A stretch of DNA of 64,000 nt from the NCBI GenBank assembly GCA_964016885.1, contig OZ024742.1:274474001-274538000 (forward strand), in the 5' to 3' direction. This document shows, in pieces, positions 29,535 to 45,555 of the stretch. The notes beneath the pieces were generated by a model, which was given only the letters and a program-made list of their open reading frames with translations, ran no database searches and was not told the origin of the DNA. Position 1 is the first letter of the stretch; each line of letters opens with the position of its first letter. The stretch is from Eledone cirrhosa (lineage: Eukaryota). The translations under genes and the position numbers were made by a program.

Positions 29535-29572
29535 GCCCTGACGAGTCCTTAACAGGACGAAACATTGTTGGC
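29535..29572 (+). ncRNA. Minimal type I hammerhead at the PLE4 3' end
   Basis: GCC-CTGACGA-GTCCT taac AGGAC-GAAAC-ATT-GTT-GGC. Confidence 0.9.
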
Positions 29573-29717
29573 TAATAAAGACTTTTGATGTATTGAAGGC
29601 TTCTTTGTTTTACTTTCATAAATATATATACATATATATATATAATTGGCTTTTGTGTGGTTGATTATGCTGATTGGGAGAGGAAATGGTTATCAAATGA
29701 TCCTATGGACATACTTT

Positions 29718-29838
<121 letters not shown>

Positions 29839-29856
29839 GAAAATATATATATATAC

Positions 29857-30485
29857 AAAAATTAGAATTGGAGCTTTGAAATAGCAATATATATATGGAT
29901 GTATGTATAATGTATTTTGCAATACAATTTATGCTTAATTAAAAGCATTTTGAAGACCGTATGCTATTGTTTTAGAGTAGTGACAAATTCACTTACTTTA
30001 ATCTCAGCAAACAGAGGAGATAAGCCGACAAGGCCTTGTTTCGCTTTTGTTGAAGCTTATCAAGGCTAACTACCCCTCCTGTCGACTGAGATTTCTGATG
30101 TTATATTCTTATAGAATTCTAGTAAATAATCAGGAACTGATTATACAGAGCGATTGTTCGTCAGGCAGAAATTAAAAATTAGAATTGGAGCTCTGAAATA
30201 GCAATATATATATGGATGTATATATAATGTATTTTGCAATAGACTTTATGCTTAATTAAAAGCATTTTGAAGACCGTATGCTATTGTTTTAGAGTAGTGA
30301 CAAATTCACTTACTTTAATCTCAGCAAACAGGGGAGATAAGCCGACAAGGCCTTGTTTCGCTTTTGTTGAAGCTTATCAAGGCTAAATACCCCTCCTGTC
30401 TACTGAGATTACTGATGTTATATTCTTATAGAATTCTAGTAAATAATCAGGAACTGATTATACAGAGCGATTGTTCGTCAGGCAG

Positions 30486-30503
<18 letters not shown>
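29857..30503 (-). repeat. Tandem 2 x 317-bp HHR repeat
   Basis: ATTAGAATT at 29861, 30178 and 30495; relatives at 37430-37850 and 54780-55120. Confidence 0.93.
30023..30067 (-). ncRNA. Type I hammerhead, U3:A8 core variant (also 30340-30384)
   Basis: AGCC-TTGATAA-GCTT caacaa AAGC-GAAAC-AAGGCCTT-GTC-GGCT. Confidence 0.82.
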
Positions 30504-33655
<3,152 letters not shown>

Positions 33656-33697
33656 TATATATATATATACATTATACATTATATATATATATACATT

Positions 33698-33745
<48 letters not shown>

Positions 33746-33887
33746 TCCGGCCAAATTCCAACTCACTCAACAAACATTAGGAAATAAGTGATTATATTCC
33801 CAATTATGCGTTCGGGGTGCTAACTAAAAGTATTGCGTGGAAAATTGGCTGTATTATTTCATATGAGACATAGCTAATACAGCTCTT

Positions 33888-34014
33888 CCCAGACGGACGT
33901 CTCGTTTCATTATAGGATTCCTACAATTTGGGTGAAGTTATACCAATTTATGTAGGAGCTTGTATACCATCAATAGATATATATTCAAGTGGGCTCCTAT
34001 AATTCATCAATGGG
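33888..34014 (-). ncRNA. Hammerhead of the 763-bp family with ~95-nt stem II; core TTGATGA
   Basis: CCCA-TTGATGA-ATTATAGGA...TCCTATAAT-GAAAC..GTC-TGGG. Confidence 0.7.
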
Positions 34015-34095
34015 TGCCGCAATAATACTAATATTGATAATCTAACCAACATCAGTATTTAGCGATAATCATCATCCTCTGTGCCTGAGGTATCT

Positions 34096-34261
34096 ATATT
34101 TATTAAATAACAGATTCAAGTTTAAGCAAAGAATCGCTGCTTTCACCCCTAACAGGATCTTCTGAAACTAACAAATTGACTTTGTTAGTTTCAGAAGATC
34201 CCGTTAAGGGTGAAAGCAGCGATTCTTTGCTTAAACTTTGATCTGTTATTCAATAAATATT
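34096..34261. repeat. Fold-back with HHR-like motifs (core CAGAAGA) on both arms
   Basis: 34096-34175 vs 34181-34261; AGTTT-CAGAAGA-tCCC gttaa GGGt-GAAAGCAG..TTGCTT-AAACT. Confidence 0.8.
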
Positions 34262-34346
34262 TGCTCTACGGTTCTTATATATTTGATATATATTTATCCT
34301 TATCGAGCCCTCTTTGGAATTTAGTCTTCAAATTTATTATTATTAC

Positions 34347-34380
<34 letters not shown>

Positions 34381-34710
34381 GTTAATGTGATTGAAGCGGC
34401 AGTGGCGTCGAGTTTGAATGCTGGAACTAGGCTGCTAATCCCAAGGATACCACATCAGTCTCAAGAGCTTGAGTTGCTTTTCACAAATATTGGCAAGCAA
34501 TTTCCTGTCAAACCAGCTTTTACCCTCAAATGCAACAAGGCACAAGGGCAGATATTTTAAAAATAGGTGTATATATACCAACACAATTCTTCTCACAAGA
34601 TCAGATGTATGTTTTATTATAAAGAGTTATGAAAAAAAGAAAATATTAAAATATTAAATGAAAGATAACTGTTTGCTGTCAACTGTGTCTACCAAAATAT
34701 TCTAGGGTGA
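34381..34710 (+). mobile_element. Helitron remnant (PIF1-like helicase C-terminus)
   Basis: NVIEA..LLIPRIP..QFPVKPAFTLKCNKAQGQ, followed by an FSQDQMYV-like motif in another frame. Confidence 0.78.
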
Positions 34711-34906
34711 TGTGACACAGCCATCGCACTGTTTTTATTGAAATGCACTTCAGATTCGTTTTAATTGCTAGAAAAGGGACAAGAAGGGGTAGCTGGCAGG
34801 TTCAACTACCCCTTCTTTCCACAAATTGCCATGATAGAATTATGTGTCTCAACCACAAACTTTTGACCAATCCTTGTGACAATCACTTTTACTATATATG
34901 AAATTA

Positions 34907-35002
34907 CCCCCTGAGAAGCTCGGCTATTCATATACCAGGATAAAAATGTTCATTTAGTCCAGAATTAGCCGTCGAAACGGCTTGAGCTCAGCCGTCGGAC
35001 TC
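34907..35002 (+). ncRNA. Degenerate hammerhead (core CTGAGAA)
   Basis: CC-CTGAGAA..CGGCTA...TAGCCG-tc-GAAAC-GGCT tgagctc AGCC-GTC-GG. Confidence 0.5.
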
Positions 35003-35011
35003 CTACTCGTT

Positions 35012-35102
<91 letters not shown>

Positions 35103-35119
35103 GTGTGTGGGGGGGTGTA

Positions 35120-35154
<35 letters not shown>

Positions 35155-35581
35155 GTATACAAGCATAGGCATACATATGAGGGACTCCAACAGACACCAA
35201 TTTTGCTCAATGAAGGAATTTACAAAAATCAATTATTCAGAGCATAATACAAATTATATTTACGAAACGCAAATAAGATTAATTAATATTTACCTATTTA
35301 CTTAGAGGTGCCAATTCCATTTTCTTTGAACAAACTGACCATGAAAATCAGTGAATTCAGTTGCGAAAATTTCAAATTATCAGGGGACATTTTTAGAGAA
35401 GAAAGAATTCGTCTGAGCTGTCCCCTAACACCGACAAAATTAGAATCGGAGAATTATCACTTTATTAGCATCCTACAGAGGAGCAGAGGTATGTAGCCAA
35501 TAGCAAGTGAAATGTTCACTGATGGAGATGCTCCGAATAAATAACTAAATATTTCTTTATCTTAATTGAGTTTCCCAAATA

Positions 35582-35706
<125 letters not shown>

Positions 35707-35918
35707 CGCGTGTGTGTATATATAAATATAATATAGAAATGACTTCTAAAGGAATAGAACTGTTTCATTTGGGAGAAATCTTCTGGGCTTCCTCGTAATT
35801 TCTCCCAAATGAAACAGTTCTAGTCCTGTAGAAGCCATTTCTATATTAAATATTTATATACTGCTATGTATTGAATACTTTACTTACTGTGGTGACCCCC
35901 GAATGAACCCGGGTTAAA

Positions 35919-35955
<37 letters not shown>

Positions 35956-37039
35956 CAAACTTACTATAAAAGAGACTGTTATACTGACATTTTCTTCGCT
36001 AAGCATAAATATATATAGTTGCAAAATTGTGTATGATAACATGAAATCTTTTCCATGACTGTCAGAGATTACAGATATTTTTGCTACCATAACTTTTCAC
36101 TAATAATGTATCGGTTAATTTATATTTTTGCTTCGAAATTATTCCAAATATTCATGTTTTTTGCCTTTTTATTAAGGTTATTTCGAATACAGTTTATGCC
36201 TAAGGTCTCTAAATGGTAGAACATCCATTAATTTGTGAAATATGAGATGTAATTAAGAAAAATTCGTAAAGGCAAATAAAAAGAAATCTATATATGAATT
36301 TTCATTTTTCATCTCATTTTAGAGAATTATCTCCAGGTGAAATTGTTGTCTCAAGACTAGAATACTTAATTTAGCAATAATTCTATGAAGCAAACGTAAT
36401 ATTTACTTATTCGCCAGAAGTGCAGTAATCATATTATCATAACGTTAAATGCAAAATATTAACGCACAAAATGTATAGTCCTATCCAATGCGTATTACAA
36501 TCACGCTGGCACGGTGAGGAACACTATGTATTCATGTTTATATACGATCGTTTATATTTGAATATACATGCACCATCACTCAAAAATATTAACCCGCGTG
36601 TGTTTTATATTTTACTCTTAATAATTCGGCCGGAGAATTATATTCCCATTTGCCCTTTATAGCATAACTTTCTGCATTTACTGCGGTTATGAGAAGCGGT
36701 TCTTATTCGGGTACAACTTCTGATTTAGCCTAAGAAAATATCTATATGCTTGTGTAATTTATACAAGCATATATTTATTTTTTTATTTTCAATTGAGTTC
36801 TTAAACACGTTGGATTGATAATGTTTTCAAAAAAACTAATTAACCCGCGTGTATATTATTTTTTTTCCTCATTTCGTGGGTTGTCTTCCCTTCCCGCTTC
36901 GTGTCGCTATGATACTTCCTCAGTTAAAAACTGCTGGAATTTCAAATTGGGCGGTCATTCGAGGTGAGAGAGACCAACTTTACGGACATGATTTTGACAG
37001 CGATAAGAAATTGTTTTCTTATATCAATGTTTAATGGGC

Positions 37040-37165
37040 TTCCACTGATGATTTATAAGTGCCCACCTAAATATATTCTTACATGAATATATATTAGGCT
37101 TCTACATAAACTGGAAGCATTCGCCCAAACTTTTAGAAAACTTATAATGAAACAATTGTTTGGAA
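37040..37165 (+). ncRNA. Hammerhead of the 763-bp family with a 97-nt stem II domain
   Basis: TTCCA-CTGATGA-tTTATAAG...CTTATAAt-GAAAC-AATT-GTT-TGGAA. Confidence 0.78.
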
Positions 37166-37429
37166 ACAATTGTTTAAATATACTTAATTGTTTAAATATA
37201 TTTAAACAATTGTTTAAATATACTTTAACTTTAATTATATCTCATAAAATAATACAACTGGTTTTTCCACATTATACATATTGTTAGCACCCCAAACACT
37301 TAAATTGGGTCTATATTTTAATATAACCTAATGTTTGTTGAGTGAGATGGTTACCAGTCAGAATTTAGCTTTAAACTATCTCTGTTATTCTATTACCTGC
37401 ATATATATATAACTATATATATATAAGAG

Positions 37430-37850
37430 TGTATGTGTAGTATATTTGGCAATAAGGAGACCATTCGCTATGACTTTTAAAGTAGTGACTATGTCACTTA
37501 CGTATTCTCGCCAACAACAACAGAGAGCGGCCGACAGACAGTCTGTTTTTCGCTTGTGAGCGTTCATCAAGACAACACACTCAGTTGCCTTTGCCGAGAA
37601 TTATAGATGCTGTATTCTTATAGAATTCCAGTAATAATCAGGAGCTGATTAAACAGATCGATTGCCAGTTCAGCAAAAATTAGGTATTAGTATTGGTGCT
37701 CTGAAATAGCGATTTATACATGAATCGTCTCTCGGTGGCTCTCCGTTGTTTTTGCTGAGAATAAGAAATTGACATAGTGACTACTTTAAAACATATAGCG
37801 AATGGTCTTCTAAATGTTTTTAATTAAACATTCAGTGTATTGCCAAATAT
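37430..37850 (-). repeat. Diverged member of the 317-bp family with an inverted partial copy; mutated HHR at 37530-37573
   Basis: Shares the gtagtgac, attcttatagaattc..taatcagga.ctgatt and ctctgaaatagc blocks with 29857-30503. Confidence 0.7.
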
Positions 37851-37934
37851 TAATAAATTTGAAGACTAAAATCCAAAGAGGGCTCGATAAGGATAAATAT
37901 ATATCAAATATATAAGAACCGTAGAGCAAATATT

Positions 37935-39073
37935 TATTAAAATAACAGATTAAAGTTTAAGCAAATAATCGCTGCTTTCACCCTTAACGGGATCTTCTGA
38001 AACTAACAAAATAAATATGTGAACGGGGAAGTAAATATTTCGAAAAACGTTGCAACCGAAAGAAGACAGGAAGACGATAATTTGGTTCGTGGAAATGTTC
38101 CCTCGCAAAGAACGAAAAAAACGAAGATAATACGACATTGTGTGGGCCGTTGAGAACAATTACACGCAAAGACAAAACCACGTTTATGGTATAACTGAAG
38201 TCGTAGACTAATATCCTATTTAGGAAACCAAATGATTATCGGCTTCAGAGTTAAGAATACTGTAAATAATTTACAGAGGTTATCGAAATCAACAATAATT
38301 AAATATATACATGCACGCATCCTTATACGTACATACACATGCATACGCGAAAACACCCGCCATGGGTATGCAAATACAGGCAAGTACACAAAACCACGCG
38401 CACACATACAAATACCCTGTACCCGCACACATACGAACGTATACACCAAATACACATAAACATATATAAAAGAATATATATACATGTGTGTGCGTGTGCG
38501 CGTACACATATAATTATATAAATGTATATAAATATACACACATAAATACGTATATAACGCGCGCGCACACACACCTACATGTAAATACACATATGTTCGC
38601 TAAACAACGTCAACCAAAACGCGAAGTACACATATACACACACCCTACATAAATGCAAACCCGCATACACACATACGAAATATACGCGGATAATTTACGT
38701 CTTGATGTAGTAGCGAAATATATTTTATGTTTATATCATTACTTATTTGTATAGGTAAGTATATATTACCTGTATGTTTTGTGAAGGTACGTATACTTTC
38801 TCGTACCTATATTTGCTTGTATTTGTTATAGGCGTATATATTATATTATATATACTGGTACATGTGTATATGGTTAGTGTATACGTGTGTTTTGCGTTTG
38901 TGTGTGTATGCGCGTTTGCCCCCATGTAGGATGTGTGTATTTGTGCACTTTGTGATTTGGTTGACGTACGTTTAGCGAACATATGTTTATTTACATGTAG
39001 GTGTGTTTGTGCGCACGTATATATGTATTTATGTGTGTGTATTTATATGCGTTTATATAATTATATGTATACG

Positions 39074-39104
<31 letters not shown>

Positions 39105-39790
39105 ATGTATATATATATTTTCTATATATGTTTTATGTGTATTTGGTGTATACGTTCGTATGTGTGCGGGTACAGGCGCTGCGTCGGTTTGTGTACGTGC
39201 TTGTATTTGCCTACCCATGGCGGGTGTTTTCGCGTATGCATGTGTATGTACATATATGGATGTGTGCAGGTATATATTTAATTATTGTTGATTTCAATAA
39301 CCTCTGTAATTTATTTACATTATTCTTAACTCTGAAGCCGAGAATCATTCGGTTTCCTAAATAGAATTTTAGTCTACAACTTCAGTTATACCATAAACCT
39401 GGTTTTGTCTTTGCGTGTAATTGTTCTTGAAGTACAACATAATGACGTATTATCTTCGGTTTTTTTTCTTTCATTGCCAGGGAACGTCTCCACGAACCGC
39501 CAAATAGAATATTAATCTACGACTTCATTTATACCATAAACGTGGTTTTGTCTTTGCATGTAATTGTTTTCAACGATCCACACAATGACGTATTATCTTC
39601 TTTTTTACCCGTTCTCTGCCAGGGAACGTTTCCACGAACCAAAGTATCGTCTTCCTGTCTTCCTTCGGTTGCAACGTTTTTCTAAATATTTACTTACGCG
39701 TTCACAGATTGATTTTTTTAGTTTCATAAGATCCCGTTAAGGGTGAAAGCTGTGATTATTTGCTTAAACTTTAATCTGTTATTTTTAAAA
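37935..39790. repeat. ~1.85-kb imperfect inverted repeat of a PLE-like 3' end, with outward-facing HHR-like motifs (37954-38004 minus, 39720-39770 plus)
   Basis: 37935-38640 is reverse-complementary to 38930-39790; the right arm has an internal ~140-bp duplication. Confidence 0.85.
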
Positions 39791-40573
39791 ATAAATAAAT
39801 ATATATATATATAGTAATAAAGTATGAATTCCTACGTGTAAAAAATACATATAGGGAAACAAATATTATCCAACCGCGGTAAAGGCACATATAGTAAGTA
39901 CAGCAACTTTATTTTTAATTTATTTTAAAACTTTTTCTCTATTTGCTAGACCTTGATTTTATATATATATATATATTTATAATTAAATTTGTGTCCACGT
40001 GCGTGTGTGCGTGCGCGCGTTTATATATATATATATTAATGATTCAAACATTTAATAACTATCAGCCTTTCTTCACAAGGCAGGAATTTTCAGAGTTATT
40101 AAATACAAATATAAGATATTAATTACTCTTATTAAAAGTTTGAAAGATAAAATACTATTTGATTATTATTTACATTTTAATTCTGCTCAGTATTATACTT
40201 GATATATTACATACGTGTTCCCTGTAAATGGTTAGGCGTCTCTTATCTTCTCTTTGATGAGACCTCATGCCTCGTTAGAAATTTTGAACTACTACATTCA
40301 CTTGCAACCAGCAACGGGAAGTAACAGCACACCATATGGAACTTCCATTACAGAGAAGCGCACTCCCGCTGACGACGCGTTTACCACAAAATTACGTAAT
40401 GTATACAAACATTGGCTAATTTTCTTCACATAGTTGTTCCACTCGGAATGTTAACAGGAGATAGGCATCGTAGAAACTAATGCATGGGTTCGGGTTGCTC
40501 AATTTTGTGACATACACGGTACAGTATATATAGGGAATATAAAAGGGTATCGCTTGAAATAGAAGGAAGCGGG

Positions 40574-40609
40574 TCTTACCGTTTTGAACGCTAGTCCTTC
40601 ATCAGAAGA
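40574..40609 (-). ncRNA. Degenerate minimal hammerhead (G12>A)
   Basis: TCTT-CTGATGA-aGGAC tagc GTTC-AAAAC-G-GTA-AGA. Confidence 0.45.
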
Positions 40610-40804
40610 AAGACTGGTAAATTAGAAAGATTGAAGGGATGGGCAGGGCGGATTAGGAAATTATGATTTTAGAGAAAAATAACAAGTCCATTTATGTTTC
40701 CATCTTATTTAGTTCATATATAGGCATCTTCAATTGCACTACCTTAGGCTTGGAATTCTACGTATGGTCACACTTTCAGACTGTATACGTTGGTGTATAA
40801 TGCA

Positions 40805-42190
40805 TGTGTCATTTAGCAACTGTAGCAGAAACCCCTGCGCTGAATAATCTCCACTCGGTCTCAACGTTTTCACTTTGCTCAGGGAGTTCTCTGAATGTGG
40901 ATGCAACACTTCTGCATAGCTGCCTTACCATACTCCAATTCTTCAAACAATATCCAATAGGTCACCCTGGATCTGCCAATCTTTTGGGCTTCTTTGGCTT
41001 CAGGGAGTCTCAAGTTGCAGATAACTAGATGGTGATCAGTTGATAGCTCTGCCCCTTATCACGAACATCCAACGCAGAATGAATGAGATCAGAGACAATA
41101 ACAAAATCAATTATTGATCACTGTCCCTGATATCCCATATACCATGTTTATGTATCGATGTCTCTGTGCTGGAAAAGAGTGTTCATAATAGAGAGTCCAT
41201 TGCTAGAACAGAGTTCTAGTATGGCCTCTCCATTCGTATTTAGATCGGGTCGCCAAACCTTCAAATACCGCCCCCCCCCCCTTTCCATATAATGTCGCCA
41301 GTGCCAAAATATGCATTGAAGTTTTCCATGAGGATATATGACTCAGTCTTAAATACATCTAACGCTGCAGTGTCTTCATCAAGGAAGATCCTCTATTCGG
41401 ACTCCTTATTTGGTGCATAAGCTTGCACCACGCATAACTACCTATCTTTCAGCCTTAGCTTCAAGAGACGAATCCTTCCTCCTAACGGAATCCAGTCCAT
41501 AACACATTCTGGCAATCGTGGTCATGTGAGTATCCCCACTACCACCTGTGCAGTCATTTCTGGCGCCTCACCTGAATAGTCGAGTTCCCATCCTCCATCC
41601 AACTCTATAGTATCAGAGCCATGGATCTTTCTTGAGGAAACACCTACTATATCTACTCGGTAGTATCTAGACTCCTCCACTTGTTCCTGTTCCTTGCCTG
41701 TAAGACTGGTGATGTTTCAGCTTTTGTACCCTTTCAGACCTTCTTTGGAGTTTTGGGATACACACAATTTGTGTGACCATCCCACACCTCCCGGTAACGA
41801 TCTCAGGCCCATCGCCAGTTATTGTGGCATGAAATGGACACTGCAATATATTTTTCGATCTGGCCTCTCTACTGAAATCCTGGACGCATCACTTGTTAAC
41901 CCACGCGAAAGACGGTGGATATGTTTTTTCTTTGTTTTCATCATCATAGTGCAATTTCAGTTTCGGTGGTCTTATCTGAGCCAGTCATCAATCTGGTACT
42001 TTGTCAAAACCGGGACGACTAGGCTTATTTAGTAGCAGCCTTAACTCGCCTTGTCGTAGATACGTCACTGGGTTGGAGAGTTGTCACCCAGTGCTCCATC
42101 TCCCAGAGTAGTTTCCCGCTGTTCGTCCAGGGTTGCTTATTTGTCCTGCACTTGACCGCTTACCTGTCAACTAGCCATCATATATTCATG
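40805..42190 (-). mobile_element. Inverted 5' half (UTR and APE endonuclease) of an RTE-clade LINE, Expander/Rex3-like
   Basis: Minus strand reads NITSLTGKEQE..DIVGVS, VVQAYAPN, ENFNA and GAELSTDHHL, with stops. Confidence 0.8.
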
Positions 42191-42199
42191 GCAGCATCG

Positions 42200-45100
42200 C
42201 TATTGGACACATGTGATCCGTTGTCTAGAAGAACAACTCTGGGAGGACTTTGGAGTTAAGCTACAATCCGACTTAAGATGAGCAAATAATGTGTTCTATC
42301 TGACCATCCGTCGGCTTTGCAATAAGAACCCTCCTCCACATCTTATATCAAGAATACGTCTGGGGCTCACCTCTCCTCAGAGAGGTGCATCTTCCCGCGG
42401 TTTAGAGAATTTGTTGCTGATCTCCTAAACCGGCTCACAACAGCATCTTCGGATGTACACGAGCTTCATCTGGGAGCGGTGACTAATTGAGATCACAAGA
42501 GCACTTGAAGTACTCAAATGCTACAAAGCCGCTGGGGGAAAAGGAATCCTGCCCGTCATGTAAAACGCCTTATATATAGAACATTTTCTCTGACTGAGTC
42601 GTGTGTGCCGCGTGGCCTGGATCTCTGGAAAGGGACCTAAGCAATGGCAATGGGGAATGATGATCCACATTTTCAAAAAGGTAGACAGAGACTATTCCAA
42701 TAAAAGAGAGATCTCCTTGTTAAGCCACCTCGATAGATTCTATGCTAAGTGTCTGAGAAAGAAATGCATGGAGCTGACTAAATATTCACACTACGGCAGT
42801 TCTTCGAGAAATCGTGGGAGTATTGCCAAGAAGTGTATTCATGCTTTGTCGACCTTGAGAAGGCATATGATCGCGTTTCTCGGGGCCTGCTGTGAAAGGC
42901 TATGCAGGAGTATTGTGTTGATTGTCAGCTTCTTGGTGCCTTGAAGTCTCTATACAAATGTCCGAGTAATTGTTTTCGGATAAATGGTGCTGAATTAAAA
43001 TAATTTAATGTGGGAGTCGGACCCCACCAAGCGTGCGTACTGTCACCTCTCCTGTTCATTATATATATATATGAACAGGATTGACATGTGCAGCTGAGTT
43101 GCAAGTGGTGTCATGACTGGTAGGGATAAAATCAGTCGGCAGTAATTTGCAGACGACATGGTGTTACTTAACGCGACAGAAATTGATCTTCTTGCACTTG
43201 ATAGGTTTGAAGGCGAATGCTGCATGCCTGGAATGAAAATCAATGCTGCGAATACTGTGACACTCGTCCCCTCAAGGAAGCCTGTGCAGTACACATTGCA
43301 TCTGAATGGAGTTTCACAAAAAAATGTAGAAATAGTCAAATATCTCAATGCCGTATTGAAGATATATGGAACGCAGGAGGCTAAATTAAGTGCAAAAATT
43401 GCAAAAGATTGTGCAGTAATGCACCAGCTTCAGCATTCAATAACACCGTGTAACAAAAAAAAATGTTTTCTCTGTTCCTGACTTGTAATCACTTTTTTCG
43501 TGTTGTTTAGGTCCCAAATAAAAAAAAAAGTGTTATTAAACAGTTAAAAGTTTGGGTTTGTAAAAATTCTAAGCTATTCACTAGAATTATTTGTATGCTG
43601 GATTTTACGTTGTATGTAAGTTTAAATTGCTTATGTTAAATTATTTTTTATATATGTTTTAGGTTAAGTTAAAATTATAAAATAAAGAGTAATACCTAAA
43701 GAAAATTATAAAAGTGCAATAAAGTATAAAAGTTCCCGACACTGCACCTAGCTCATTCAGTCTGCCTGAAGGAAGATTACTACAGTGTGAAAGTCCTCTT
43801 GGAAGCTCTGCAATACAATCAGTACAATTGAGAAATCATTGGAGACTTCAAGATGGTGGCTTTCCTGCTTGGACTCCAAGGAGGCTTTATCAAATTCCAA
43901 TGCTTCCTCTGCCTTTGGGACAGCAGAGCCACCCCTGACCACTACAAAAGAAAGAACTGGGAGCAGCGAACAGAATTTGTAGTTGGGACCGGGAACGTCA
44001 CATGTGAGCCACCGGTTGATCCCAGAATTGTGCTCATGCCACCATTGCACATTAAGTTGGGGTTGATGAAGCAGTTTGTGAAGGCTCTCAACCAAGAATC
44101 AGCCGCTTTTAAGTACCTTCTTGAGTTCTTCCACAAGTTATCTGAGGCCAAAATCAAAGGCGGAATTTTTGTTAGCCTCAGATAAAGAAGGTGTTTTAGT
44201 CTACCGAGTTCTCCAATAAGCTCAATAGGATTGAGAGAACAGCATGGAACTGTTTCAAGGAAGTTGTTAAGGGCTTCCTGGGCAACTACAGAGCTGAAAA
44301 CTACCAGCAACTGGTGCAGGATCTGAGACAGGCTTTTGGCGCCATGGGATGCAGGATGTCGCTTCAACTCCATATGCTGGACGCTCACCTGGAAAAATTC
44401 AAGGACAATATGGGCGCCTACTCAGGAGAACAAGGCGAACGATTCCACCAAGATGTGAAAGAGATATAGCGGAGGTACCAGGGCCACTACAATAAAAAAA
44501 TGATGGGTTACTATATCTGGGGGCAAGTGCGGGAATGCGACCTGGACTACAATCGCAAATACAGGAAATCCAGTCATTTCTGACGTGTATAAGTTGCTTT
44601 ATAAGTGTTATTTGTTTGTACTTGTTTGTTTTTGATAAGCTTGTGTAATAAAATAAATATATACTATGTTGAACTGATAAACTTTAAAAAAATGGTTTTT
44701 TTTCTTGAAAAATATGAAAATTTCAAAATATCAAATTCCTGACAAAAAACCCAAACTTCTGATTAAATAATAGTGTTTTTTGATAATAATGGGATATACC
44801 AAACCAGGAAATGACACTTAGAAGCGGGGAATAAAAATGTGTTACACGGTTTAATCAGATAAACGGTGGTAGGTGTAAAAGCCAAACTTGCTATCTTCAA
44901 TTGGCATTTCTTGCCAAACCTTATAAATGGTAATGACCGAAAGAATACAGTTGCGAATACAAGCGGCCGAAATGGGATTCCTCCGAAGTGTCTTTGGAGT
45001 AACGTTACTCGATAAAATTCGTACCACGGGGGTCAAAGAGTCACTCCATGTAGAGCCGCTACTTTTCCGATTTGAGAGGTCAGAACTCCGATATTATGGA

Positions 45101-45423
45101 TATGTGGTTAGAATGTATCAGCAAATGATCCCTGGATAGATTTTACGGGCAGAATTAACCGGCAAGAGACCAAGGGGTAGACCCTGAGAAAGATGATTGG
45201 ATAACATCCACGAGCTTGGATGGTCACGCTGAGGATCCAGTCGTATCAATTGGAGACGGCTGCTTCTGAGAGGACTGACTGGAAGGAGGATTTGAGCCCT
45301 CTACCCCACGACACTCTCAGGAATATGTGGGCGAAGAAGAAGAAGAAGAAGAAGAAGAAGAAGAAGAAGAAGAAGAAGAAGAAGAAGAAGAAGAAGAAGA
45401 AGAAGAAGAAGAAGAAGAAGAAG
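42200..45423 (+). mobile_element. 3' half of the RTE LINE (decayed RT) with a (GAA)n tail, interrupted by a DNA transposon
   Basis: CFVDLEKAYDRV, QACVLSPLLFIIY, FADD, TERIQLRIQAAEMGFLR, GKRPRGRP; (GAA)n at 45333-45423. Confidence 0.88.
43444..44851 (+). mobile_element. Internally deleted Chapaev3-like (CMC) DNA transposon
   Basis: Termini CACCGTGTAACA / TGTTACACGGTt; TAA duplication at 43441-43443 and 44852-44854; transposase GDFKMVAFLLGLQGGF..CFLCLWDSR..PPLHIKLGLMKQF..EQGERFHQD. Confidence 0.82.
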
Positions 45424-45484
<61 letters not shown>

Positions 45485-45524
45485 GCAGCAGCAGCAACAA
45501 CAACAACAACAACAACAGCAGCAG

Positions 45525-45554
<30 letters not shown>
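45333..45554 (+). repeat. Compound (GAA)n-(CAA/CAG)n microsatellite
   Basis: Read directly from the sequence. Confidence 0.95.

Positions 45555-45555
<1 letters not shown>

Larger units (their letters stand above)
24900..29620 (+). mobile_element. Penelope-like element 4, near full length, with a ~1.8-kb 3' UTR
   Basis: N-terminal SLKNIPTPS..RIRWRA, RT (LYRDD), GIY-YIG (YIGSTSNTFKTRF), then a 3' HHR followed by AATAAA. Confidence 0.92.

Noticed and set aside
30150-30170. Second CTGACGA on the minus strand of the 317-bp unit
   Set aside because: No matching GAAA box or stems are conserved in both units.
34768-34816. GC hairpin plus CTAG as the Helitron 3' end
   Set aside because: It reads correctly only on the minus strand, opposite to the helicase remnant, so it cannot be linked.
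42000-42190. HDV-like ribozyme in the RTE 5' UTR
   Set aside because: Plausible for this clade, but I could not assign the nested pseudoknot by eye.
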